A stretch of DNA of 61,334 nucleotides, counting the filler. It is 14 parts of 14 records of this genome, joined end to end, with 100 filler letters (N's around TTAATTAATTAA, not from the genome) between each part and the next. Parts side by side here need not be neighbours in the genome. Positions count along the whole stretch, not along the records: positions 22,940 to 26,745 come from SRR15195285_6695; positions 26,846 to 31,830 come from SRR15195285_6699; positions 31,931 to 36,048 come from SRR15195285_6700; positions 36,149 to 39,347 come from SRR15195285_6707; 10 more parts are not named here. One strand, given 5' to 3'. This document shows, piece after piece, positions 24,961 to 36,332 of the stretch. The notes beneath the pieces are model-generated. The model saw only the letters and a list, made by a program, of their open reading frames with translations. It searched no databases and had not been told where the DNA came from. Every line of letters starts with the position of its first letter. The first letter of the stretch is position 1. A program made the position numbers and the translations under genes.

Positions 24961-26538
24961 TCAGTAAACGACGTGCAGCACGTCCTGCCGACGGAACGCG
25001 AAATGATTCGTCCCAGTTGTGGAGATGACGCCGTTTTCTTCCTGTCGGAATTGGACTGCTTGGTCCCCCCACTCCGGCACTTTTGCAGTGCAAGACAGCT
25101 CGACGGCATACCACATCTCATCACGCAGCACACCCACATCACCCTGCCAGTGCAACCCGGACAGGCACGCACAATCATGAGTCTGGCCAGCGCGAAAGGC
25201 ACAACCAGACAACAAAATATTGCCGTATAGTCAACACAGGTCACATGCAGGTACCTTGACTGGGACAGGCTGGTTGTTCATGTCGGCCAGACCGATTGTT
25301 GGCCCTGCCGCATGTCCGTGATCGCCAATCGCGTGGGAGTACATCTTGCCGTCAATTCCCTCTGCCTTCATTCTGACATCAAACTCAGCCAGAACTTCGT
25401 TCCCAGTGCGCCCGACCTGCATCTCTTCAAGGATGGTGTCCTGCATCCAGTTCGTCTGTTTCAGGCCGTCCATCAGGCCCTACAGGTCCGCACATGGCGT
25501 GGGCAGCAACAAGCGGTAACGCAGCAATCAGTACCACGCTTCATGTCTGAAAATGATGGGAGCGAGTAAGCGAGTATGCCGGTTGTCTGCCCAATTCAGA
25601 ACAGTCTACCCGCTCACCTGTGGCGGTCCGCTCTCGCCCAGATGGCACACGTAACCCATGTGTTGTTGGTCCGTCATCATGCCAGCGTAATCAATGCCAT
25701 AGTCCGTCCACAGAAAGTCTCCGCGCTGAATGACTGTGTCATCCGCCAGGGTGCCTTGCGTACCAGCACGCTGGACTCCGAAGCTCGGCTGGAACCAGCA
25801 CTCGAAGCCGAGGTCAATCGAACGCTGCCACATCCACCACGAGACGTCGGCACAAGTCGTCTCGCCGGGCACAATGACGCGGTTCGACATGGCCTCGCAC
25901 ATCACCGAGTGTGAGAGCTCGCAGGCGTCGCGATACCGGGGCAGCATGGAGGGTGCGCGGATCATCAAAAAGTAGATAGGCAGCAGCTCTGGGTGCTTGA
26001 CCCGCTGCATCACCTCCTCGCCGACGCCCTCTTCGAACGCCATGAATTCGCCACTCGCCATCCCGTCGGCGAAGGCGAATGCCTTGCTGCGGTTGACGGC
26101 GATATCCCCACCGTCGCCGCTGCAAAGGTACTCCTTGACCTCCCCCCACGTGTCCTCCCAGAAGCCGACGAAAATCTGCTGCTCCACCCCGGAGCTGGTG
26201 CGCTTGAACACGATCACAGAGCGACGGCGCGCGGCCTGCTGCGTAGCGGGGGTGACCGCTCGCCAGACTACGTCCTCGTCGTACTCTTTCTGTGACAAGA
26301 TCCAGAACTCAACTCCCGACTCGTCCATCAGCCCGGGCAGGATGCCGCTGACGCGCTCCTCGATCCACCCCTTCCTCCATTCGGCCTGCAGCCGGCGGCT
26401 CGGGATCTCAAATTCCTTGTAAATGAGCTCCACATCCGGGTCCACCGGGTACTCCGCCTCCGTGCTGATCTCCGAGCCAATGGCAGCGGCGCCCACGGAG
26501 GAGACAATGTGCTGCGCGACCCGACCCACCCGCAACAT
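24961..26538 (-). CDS. M24-family metallopeptidase (Xaa-Pro aminopeptidase-like); 3 exons; alternative start at 26643
   Basis: GDFLWTDYG..MTDQQH, YSHAIGDHGH, WYAVEL and QEEN supply D,D,H,E,E metal ligands; GT-AG introns near 25481-25617 and 25144-25254. Confidence 0.82.
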
Positions 26539-26970
26539 ACCCGCGTCTGGCGCTGGGGTCGACAACTCCCCCCTTCCGTCCGCCGGCGCCTGCGCTGCCG
26601 CGGCTGCGTGGCCGGCCGCCACCTGACCAAACGATGACCTCATGCAGCGTCCAGCGAGCGCCGGAGAGCGCGCGTGGTGACGATATGATATTTGATAAAT
26701 GATAAATGCAAAATGGGAAAAGTGCCAATTTCGCCACAAAATTTCNNNNNNNNNNNNNNNNNNNNNNNNNNNNNNNNNNNNNNNNNNNNTTAATTAATTA
26801 ANNNNNNNNNNNNNNNNNNNNNNNNNNNNNNNNNNNNNNNNNNNNTGCTGCTGCTGCTGCTGCTGCTGCTGTCATCCTTCGTCTGCAGATATGCTGCGTA
26901 AAGCTTCAGCATAATCCCTACGTCTGTGTAAACCACATGCAGTGAGCGGCGTGGCTCCTACAGCACGCTC

Positions 26971-27450
26971 ATGGTGACGTCATCGGGCATACTTATTCCG
27001 CCTTCTCCAACCACTTCAAATGGCAGCTCCCGCCCTGGTTCTCAGAACGTTTCACCTGCAAAGCAACGCTCGCTTGCCGGGCCACCAGGATCGCGCTCAA
27101 GCAGTGTTGCAGGACGCTCGGAATCAACTTCGCCGCAGGAGCTGGGTTCTGGCATCCCGCCAAGTAGTTTAGACACCGGCATGCGCGGGGGCATGCATGG
27201 TGCGCCCATGCCGACGATTCCTGGAGGCGACACACCGCTGGCTTCACTGACGGCGGAAGATGCTGCTGCGTTCATGGCTTTGTCCGCCGCGCAGCGAGAG
27301 CGCGCGGGCGCGCTCTCACAGCAGGAGCTCGACGCGTCCATTCAGCGCGCGCTGCAAAAAGGCGAATTTGACGATCGTTTAATGGCTGGCGAAGGCAGTG
27401 TTGCTGCAGCTCCTCCTGACGTAGAGAAGGGAAAGAATGGCCAGCCCTAG
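26971..27450 (+). CDS. C-terminal fragment of an unknown low-complexity protein
   Basis: 159-aa Ser/Pro/Gly-rich ORF near the contig start; no family recognised. Confidence 0.45.
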   Translation: MVTSSGILIPPSPTTSNGSSRPGSQNVSPAKQRSLAGPPGSRSSSVAGRSESTSPQELGSGIPPSSLDTGMRGGMHGAPMPTIPGGDTPLASLTAEDAAAFMALSAAQRERAGALSQQELDASIQRALQKGEFDDRLMAGEGSVAAAPPDVEKGKNGQP

Positions 27451-27844
27451 GATATGCTGCCGAATGGTCTTCTACAGTTGTTTTGTAACGGCCTCAGAAA
27501 CTGGAGACAGGCAGGATGAAATTGAAATTTTGAGACCGGCGCATGTTGCAACTATTCGAATGTATACACAAGCCTACCATTTACCCGCGCAGTTGCACCA
27601 GCGGTCCGATTGAAGTGTCTCAGTTGGCTCGGTATCTCATGGCTAATGATCCGCGAGTGGCTTGCGCGCTTCCTCGAGCTCAGCCTCAGTCAGCCGCTCC
27701 ATTTCGTTCGCATTCAAGCGGTCAATGCTAAATGCAACCACAACACACAGTCGATGGCAACAGAGCACGAGTCTCAGGCTCAGGCATACAAACCCGTCAG
27801 ACGTGCAACCCACTGCTTGGGGAATTTGAGTGATACAGAAAGTC

Positions 27845-29419
27845 TTACAGTCGGCCGCCATCCTTCTGTGTGACTCGCCAACGATCGTACGATTCTTGAA
27901 ACCAGCTCGTAGGCAGGGCCTCTCGAACTGCGGGGTGTAGCTTCCATCGCTGCCGTCGATCGATTGTCGCTGGGTCCCCAGAAAAGGGGGCTGAGGGCAC
28001 AACAAGAGGCGCAGTGCATAATCCGTTAGCTTCAGCATAGAGACGCTCATGCACCTACGGCCGTATCATCCATCTCAGTGGATATGCATTACTGCCAAGT
28101 TTGTTCCACGCCGTCTTCAGCAGTGAGCTCATGCACTGCGCTCCAAAGTGCAGAAACACTCACCAGAACTCCCTTTGCTCCAACCCCACGACAGAGTCAG
28201 CCGTTCTTGGCTCGCTTTTGTCCGGCCACGATGGATTGTGACGCCGTCCCGTACCAGTGCTTGGCCCGGTCTCAGGCGAATGGGAACGGCGTCTTCCATT
28301 GGTGCATGGCCCGATTTGCCATCAAGCTTTCGCAGCCGTTGATACTGAGAGTCCTTGCGCCATTCGCGGTGAGACCGTGGGACAAGCTCGTGGCACCCGT
28401 CGTCCTCCACAAGCGCCATGAACATTGATACTCCACCAGCGCCCAGTCCACGCCCGAGCCGAGCTTGGAACTGCGCTTGAAGCTCTGCCCAGCGCGCCCT
28501 TTCTGCCTCTGGCGACCAGTCTGGTGGCGTCGCGGCTTTGTCTTGCTGATTGCTGTCTTCGCCACCGTGCCAGCGCGTATCTCGATGCCATCCTTCCGAA
28601 AAGTCCGCCTCGCGTGGGTTCACGAAGAGTGTCGCGTCGGACATGGCCAGCGGAGACTGTGGAGCGAGCCCTGTCCAATGTTTCACGAAATCAAGTGTTT
28701 CCGGCGACGACAGGAACTCGGCAAATACAGGCTGATCAACGACAAACTCCCGCCAGTCAGGATGCAGCAAGCCTCGAATGGCCCAAGCCTCCTCACCGCG
28801 GAACGTGTGCTGTGTGCCAGTCCACTGCTCGCCCCTGGATTCGCCACGTTGCTCAGAGACGCGGTGGACGTAGGTCCGACTAGTGTCCAGGCTGAGTGGA
28901 ATCTTGGCGTTGCAGAGAGCGTGGACGGAGCGGCTAGCCTGTTCGAGGCGTGGAAGAAGCGGGTGTGACTCGAAGTCGTCGATGATAACGAACCCATATT
29001 CCGCAAGGCATCGCAGCCGACGTTCGAGCAGTTCTTCCGGACTGTGTGCAGAGTGTACCGACAGTTCCGGGTCCATCTCCGCGAAGCCGTCCGTACCGAG
29101 ATGCAGTGGCGCCACCACCTCTCCAGCCACATCGCCGTCCTGCACCTGCTTCGAGCACCAATAAGCCTCGTGATCAAGCATTGATCTCGAGGGGTGTGCA
29201 AGATGACCAGCTATGCAAGAAGCTACGGTAGCGCTCAGCCTGCCACGAAGGCGTCTATCCTGTACAAATGCGCTGGATCGATCAACGCTATCATTCGGAC
29301 GTGTAGATATAGGTACGTACCACCAGCGTGTCTGTAGACTGCTGTTGTTCGCTGGAAGACTCATCACCCGTACTGCTCGCAAGAACGTGCGAAGCAACCG
29401 TCGCGATGCGCCGCGACAT
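27845..29419 (-). CDS. PhyH-like 2OG-Fe(II) dioxygenase (phytanoyl-CoA dioxygenase family), spliced
   Basis: LAEYGFVIIDD, GWHRD, LVPRSH, LRPGQALV..TIHRG; intron 29260-29320; the last exon boundary is approximate. Confidence 0.8.
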
Positions 29420-29815
29420 TTCGATCAGGTCCTCAGCGCCACGCTGGACGGAGCCGGCGTTCCACGCGTGCGCACGCGCACTCGCCACTCGCGCCTTCTT
29501 CCCCTCGCTCTCGCCGGCTCTGCTGCGCTAATATGTTGTACATTATATATATCTAGGATACCCGCCGTACGTACCGCGCGCGCGCGCGCGGACGGCATCG
29601 ATATGTATCTCTAGCGAGGGTTTTTCTATAGGATATCCGATAGGAAGCGCTTTGCAGTTAGTCGCGAGCCTCGTCGCTCGTGCGGATACGACGTCCGCGC
29701 GAGTCAGCCTGCACGGCTACAGTATCCGTGACGCTATTATACGTCGCACCCTCCGGAACAGCAGTGCCAGTAGACCTGCGCGTGAGGGCGAGCGAGCTCG
29801 AGCCGTGAAGTTGCT
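29420..29815. promoter_or_regulatory. Probable bidirectional promoter with (CG)n tract
   Basis: About 400 bp between the divergent PhyH-like and nucleoside hydrolase starts; CGCGCGCGCGCG next to ATATAT/GTAC/ATCGAT/CTAG motifs. Confidence 0.5.
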
Positions 29816-30930
29816 ATGATTCGCACCATGGGCGGCCTTATGACTGCCGCCTGTGCGATTTTCAACCAGTTGGTAGGGATCTCTGGTGCTGCCAGTGCCA
29901 CCAAGCTGATCATTGACACCGACATGTCCACGGACTGCGACGACGTCGGGGCACTGTGCATCGCCCACGCCCTCGAGCAACGAGGCGAGGCGGAGCTGCT
30001 GGCTGTGGTGCATGACACAGGCGTCTCGAGTGGCGTCGGAGCTGTGAGTTCAATCAACCACTGGTACGGGCGGGATGATCTGTTGATCGGTGGCTACAAG
30101 GGCGATTATGACAAGAACGTCCATGGCTCCTACATCGATGACCTAGTTGCAAAGTTTCCAGCGGCTGTCACAAATCTCTCTCAGGTGCCAGATGCGGTCG
30201 AGGTCTATCGGCGGGCGCTTGCTGCCGCCCCTGACAGCTCCGTCTGGATCTCGTCCATCGGGTTCACGACGAACATCGAGATGCTGCTGAAGAGTGAGGC
30301 TGATGGCATCTCCCCGCTGAACGGCACCGAACTGGTCAAAGCGAAAGTCCAAGGAATCGCCTGGATGGGGGGCGCTTATCCCGCTTCCGTGAAACCGAAT
30401 CCAAACCCAGAGCACAACTTTGGTTACCACCAGATCGGGCCCTCCACTGCGTTTTCCGTCAACAATTGGCCTCGTTCCGTACCGATCGTATTCTTGGGCT
30501 GGGAGGTCGGCAACAAAATTCAGACTGGTGGGGTTATGACAAAGGGCACGCCACCCAATAACCCGTGCAGACAGGCGTACATTGATCATAGTGGCGCGGG
30601 CAACGATCGCTCTAGCTGGGTGAGTTCGAACCGCCTACGCACGATGGCATACACCACGGGAGTTGGAGGGTATCTCAGTCTGACTCTGGTGCTGATGTTG
30701 GTGCCTCGAATTAGGATCCTGCGACTACGCTGTTCGCAGTTCGGGGCGCGGGTAATTTTTATAGCTTGCATGGCTCCGGACACAACCTGGTGAACGCCAC
30801 GACAGGAGCAAATGAGTGGACCGAGGAGGGCGAAGGGTGGCACCAGAGCTACATCATACAACAGAGCTCTACAGATGCAGTAAGGAAGGCTATCAACGAG
30901 CTGCTGCTTGACCCTCCCAAGCGGGACTAG
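29816..30930 (+). CDS. Secreted nucleoside hydrolase-like protein (inosine/uridine-preferring family)
   Basis: LIIDTDMSTDCDDVGAL, SIGFTTNI, WMGG, EHNF; intron ~30620-30714 gives RSSW|DPATTLFAVRG. Confidence 0.88.
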
Positions 30931-31063
30931 CTCCCAGCTCAGTTGTGTATCAGAGTGCGCGAGACGAGGTAGCGTGTCAGCTGCTGAGAATGATAAGTTG
31001 CCATTCTTCTGTCGTTGCCTGTGGAAATGAACGGTCTATGGGAGTGGACGATCTCAACTGCCT

Positions 31064-31507
31064 TCAACACAGCCTACATGGCCACGCGTGCACGTTGCAG
31101 CAAGGCTTCAACGGTACCGGTCTCGGTGGCGCTGTCTCACACACGTCACCGCTGTAGCCTCCAGCACATTTACAGCTGCCAGCCGCGCAGGCGCCGTGTG
31201 CCCCACAGTTAATCCCCCAGCACGCATCCGTCTCGTCCGCTTGGCAAGCAATCACAAGACGCTCGAACGCATCGGCGGCTTTGCCTAAGACACTCGCGCA
31301 ATCGTTGAAAAACGGGAGCGCAACCTGCGCGCACTCCACGGTGCAAACACCAGGTACCCCAGTCCTGCATTGGGGATCGTCGCAGCACGCTGCATCGACG
31401 ACAACGGTTCTCTCCTGCAGGTTGTTCCCCGTACACGTTTCGCCAGCCACTCGCGAGAGCAGCAGCGCATGTGACAGGGTGGCTAGCCACCACAACAAGA
31501 GGCGCAT
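31064..31507 (-). CDS. Small secreted Cys-rich protein with EGF-like domain
   Basis: MRLLLWWLATL signal; CC..C..GVP..C..ECA..PFFNDC module; CWGINCGAHGACAAGSCKCAGGYSGDVC. Confidence 0.7.
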   Translation of the reverse strand: MRLLLWWLATLSHALLLSRVAGETCTGNNLQERTVVVDAACCDDPQCRTGVPGVCTVECAQVALPFFNDCASVLGKAADAFERLVIACQADETDACWGINCGAHGACAAGSCKCAGGYSGDVCETAPPRPVPLKPCCNVHAWPCRLC

Positions 31508-31930
31508 CGGTATCCCGCTTTTCTTCCGCTGGCACGGCTCAGAGAAGGAGCCAACGCGCGGTCTCAACGGTCCCGCGGCCGCCGACGTTCCAGCGCAGTA
31601 GTCCAGAGGGTCTCCCGAACGCAATGAGATGCAGGATGCAACACCCAGTCCACGCCCTCCCGCGCACGTCCTGACTGGCAGCGCTGACTTCACACGGACA
31701 GGCAGCAGCGTCGGTTCTATACGTACGTCTCGCTCCTGAAGTGGCTACTGAAGCTCCGGGCGTCCGGCGGGGGCGTCGTCGCGCGTGTACACACATGCAT
31801 ACCCAGTGATTTTTAGCGATGCATGAGCGANNNNNNNNNNNNNNNNNNNNNNNNNNNNNNNNNNNNNNNNNNNNTTAATTAATTAANNNNNNNNNNNNNN
31901 NNNNNNNNNNNNNNNNNNNNNNNNNNNNNN

Positions 31931-34900
31931 CTCGACGTTTCTGACAAACAGCAACCTGGGTCCGGGCGCTGGTGTTCTCTATGCCCTCACTGGATCATCA
32001 ATCGAGGTGTCACACTCACACTTCAAGAGCAACAGCGCCACATACCACGTGGCGCAGCCAGGCACACGCGTCAAGAGTGCTTCGGTCGTGGTGCTTGAAG
32101 ACTCAGTGATGACTGTTGAAGGCTCACAGTTTGAAGATAATGATGGTCCAAATGTCATCGTATCGACTTCATCTACTCTGGACATAGCCAACACAGCCTT
32201 TGACAGGAACACATACTCACAGATGGTCGCGGCACAAGGCAGTCGGCGACGACTCTCGGAGGCTGAGATTCCCACCATGCAAAGTGCTACCATATCTCTG
32301 TGGTCGGATTCCGTGGCCACACTGGCCCACTCTCGATTCACAGACAACATCTGCTGGAGTGCTGGGGCGCTGTTTATCGCCAACGCAGGCACATCCGTCA
32401 ACTTCGATCACGTGACCTTCTCTGGCAACCAGGCTTCCTCACCCGACTCCGCGGCCGGCGCGCTACACATCAGCGATGGGGCCTCTGCTGTAGGCACACA
32501 CGTGGCGTTCTCTGACAACGCCGCAGCGTCGCAGTGGGCAGCTGGCGCTGTTTATGCCAGCTTGGCCAGTGTCACTCTGTCCGACGCTGTCTTCAACTCC
32601 AACCAGGCTGAGCCTCACTCAACCGCAGGCACACGCGCCGGCAGCGGCGTGCTCTATGCGGACAGATGTGCGGTACGCATCAGCCGAACCACCATGGAAG
32701 ATAATGGTGCCAGCGGCGCTACTGCGCTCACCGCAGCTAACTACGCGGACGCGCTCAACGTGCTGATGCCAACGCATGTCGAGTTGACGGACACAGCTAT
32801 CAGGCCGATGCTGTATGAAAAGACTGTGGCAATCTCGCCAGGCTCACTTGCAGGTGTGATTCAGGGAGGCTGCGACCAGCACCCTTGTGCGCTGGGTTCC
32901 TCTTGCAGATACGCGAACTACTCGACGACCTGTACTCCCTGTACTGGTATGTCCTACAGCTCCGATGGCATCACGTGCCAAGCTTGTCCACCCGGCCTCG
33001 GTCCGAACGAGGACCAGACCAATTGCCAGCCATGTATCGGCAACAATCACAGCACATTCGGTGTATGCCTGCCTTGCCCGAATGCTCAGATTGTAGTAGC
33101 CGGCAAAACCCGATGCGCCACGTGCCCGTTGCGCCAGACTGCTGTTGCTGCAGCATCTAGCGATGTTGCTCGCAAGTGCGGCTGTGCGAATGGCTTTCAC
33201 AACGCATCCCAGCAGCTGTCCGCCTGCTTCGACGGTGGATATGACGCAGGAGAATATCAGGCAGCCCTTGCCGAGCACGATACGGAGATCAACGGAGGAC
33301 AGCTTTGCGAGCACTGTCCCACTGATGCACTGGGTCAGGCATGCTTTGAGTGTGCGACGGATACGGGGACGACCATCGCCGCAGGCTATACCATACCACA
33401 GCTAATCAGCACTGATTCTCGGCGCTCTCTGCAGCAGACCGAGAGTCCGATTCAGCTTGCATTTCGATGCCACAATGATTTCGATCTCGCGATCATCCGC
33501 TGCCCGGCTGACCCACCCACTCCAGGAGAGTGCAGTCTCGGCTATCAGGGCTATCTGTGCCAGACCTGTGCTGAGGACTATGGAATGATGCCATCACGGC
33601 TTTGCGAGCCTTGCGCGGGGACTGGATTCACAACGAAGTCGATGCTCATGCTTGCAGCTATCATTGCTGGACTGATTCTGGTAATCGGCATCGGAATCAA
33701 GTACTGGAACAAGTTCCCTTACAAGCTGGCGGTTCGATGTGCGTTCCAGCCCATGCGGATTGTCATCACTTATGCTCAGGTGACGTCTCAGCTCGGTGAA
33801 GTTCTCTCCTTTCAGTATCCACCTGCGTTTGACGCCGTCATCGATGCCATTCGTCCGATTATGGACGTGTGGGGCTTGTTGTTTCGAGCACTCGGGAGCA
33901 GCGAGTGTTTCGGCCTCATCGGCTTTACCAGCAAGTGGACACTGCGAGTTGTTGTGCTGCCAGTGATTCTTGCGTTGATCGTCGCAGTAGTCTACTGCAT
34001 CGAAAAAGGGAGCAAACCAGACAAGGCCGGGAGCCACGCGAAGGGCAACATGTTCTTCGCCATTTTCTTCGTGAGTGTTCCCAGTCGTTTTCATGCTGTT
34101 CGTGCTTCTGCATAATTTTCGTCTGACCTGGTTTCGTTGCGTCGACAGTGCTACCCAACGATCTGCACGGTAGCGTTCGCCGCGTTCCTGTGTCGGTCCC
34201 TGACACCCACCGCCAGCGTCCTTGAGTCCGATGACAGGATCTTGTGTGAGGACTCGGGTCACACAGTCATTCGGGCCCTCTCCTATATCGTTGTCGTCCT
34301 GTTTGCATGTGGCCTACCGCTTGCGTTCGGTTCCATCCTGATACGTAAAGCCAGAGTCTACCAACGAGATACCGAAGGCTCAAACGTGGCGCTGGCGAAG
34401 CAGGTTGCCAAAGACCTGAAGGTAGACGAGAAGCAGGCCTCTTACGTCATCCGGGACATCACGATTGGCGAGGATTATAGTTTTTTAATGGATGCTGTGC
34501 GTGCACACACTTCCATCTGCCCGTTGCTTGTTGTTCACAGACGTTTTCTGACACATTATCTGTGATGTGCGTACAGTACGTGCCCGCGTATCTCTACTGG
34601 GAGGCACTGGACATGCTTCGAAAGCTGGCACTGGTGGGGCTTGTGTTGGTGGTGGGGCGAGGTAGTATCGCTCAGCTGAACTGCGCGCTTCTGCTGTCGT
34701 TCGGTTTCTTCAGCCTCCAGTGTACTGTTCGTCCGTACAAGATTGCGGAAGACAATGCGTTCCGGGCGATCACCGAGTGCCACGTATTCATTGTCATTGC
34801 TTCAGCGCTGACACTGCAGAAGACTGATCTAACCAGGGAGGTGATGACCGCAAGCGCGTACGACTGGACTCTTTTCACGTCGTTCATCGTCATGGTTCCG

Positions 34901-36048
34901 ATTGCATTCGTGGTGACGGTGGTTGCAAAGGTGAGACACGTCCACTACGTGCTGGGCCAGACTGAAAGCCCATCGAGGAATTCATTCGATCGATGCGTCG
35001 TGGGCCTTGAGACAGAAGCAGATGTCGACACACTGAAAGTGTATCTGGAAGCGATGCGGATGGAAGTTGCTAGCGCAGATTTTGCGCAGGTTCTTGATGG
35101 CACGCAATGGGCGACCAAGAACAGAGGCTCAGTGTCAACTCGTAGTGCCGCCTCCAAGGGTTCGGACTCAGATACAGATGATGACGAGACTGCCGCGATG
35201 GCTGGGGTAGAAGAGGCACAGGAAGCAAGGGCACAGGAGCCACTCATCTCTGCTGGATCAAGTGCATCAAGTGTTGACAAGGACTCCGACCAAGGTGTGC
35301 CGGACGACGGCCAGGACGTCTATTACGACAAGTTCACAGGAGGGTTTGACGGCACGTTTGCTGACCTTTCAGACTTTTTTGGTGGTCTGGAGAAGATGAT
35401 CGGCGAATGCCACAAGGATCTAATGGCAGCGATGGAAGACGAGCACTGCGCGGTTGCTGCTGGATACGGCGCGTCTGACGAGACCTTTGTAACATCAAGC
35501 TACCGAGTGACAACCACACCACGGGAGGAATGGCACTTTGTCGTTGCGCCTGCTGTAGTTGGAGAAATGGACGCTGGGACTGACCGTGAGACTGGCAGGA
35601 GCCGCGGCACGAGAGACAAGGTATCAATCGAGAAGCTCTTTGACGAGGCGGCAGAGCTAATCAGCAAATCCTTCATTGATAGAGGCTTCGGCACTATCAT
35701 CACCCGAGACGATGTCCGTGAGATTGGTTTGCGTATTGAGGAGGTGATTGCCCTTCGATTGTACACCGGGCCGATGTTCGAAATCTACAATGGTCTGCTT
35801 CGTGCATATGGCAACCAGGAGTCGAGAGGCATTGTTCCAGCGTACGCATTGGTCGGCGCAGGGCAGGACGTGCGAGGGCGCTTCACCACGACTCTGCACG
35901 TGCTCAACTCGGGTGTGCTGAAGCTCGCGAAACTACAGCCAGCGATCCAGGTCTATCGTGGCATTAGTGGCATGAGGCTTCCCAAGTCCTTCACTGAGAA
36001 GAACAAGCAGAATGTTGCAGGCGGCGTCGAGTACGGTTTCATGTCGAC
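31931..36048 (+). CDS. Receptor-like protein: beta-helix ectodomain, Cys-rich repeats, multi-TM region, C-terminal ADP-ribosyltransferase-like domain (partial at both ends)
   Basis: FxxNxA/AGAL repeats; CxxC repeats; TM block (ITYAQV, YPTIC, YWEALDMLRKL, RPYK); introns 34071-34148 and 34497-34576; ALRLYTGP..YN..LR, VYRG, EYGFMS. Confidence 0.82.
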
Positions 36049-36332
36049 NNNNNNNNNNNNNNNNNNNNNNNNNNNNNNNNNNNNNNNNNNNNTTAATTAA
36101 TTAANNNNNNNNNNNNNNNNNNNNNNNNNNNNNNNNNNNNNNNNNNNNGCGCGCGGGCGGGCGGGCGGCGCGCACGGGTATCGCGATCTTGCCGCGTGGC
36201 ACGCACGCATCGATGGCTACCTTGGCGGAGAGGGCACTTAGCCTCTGTAGCACTGCAGTTTGTACAGTGTGCATCCAGTGACCGATTCAGATTCTCTGTC
36301 AGTGGGCCCTGTGGGCACTGTGCCGCGCAGGG

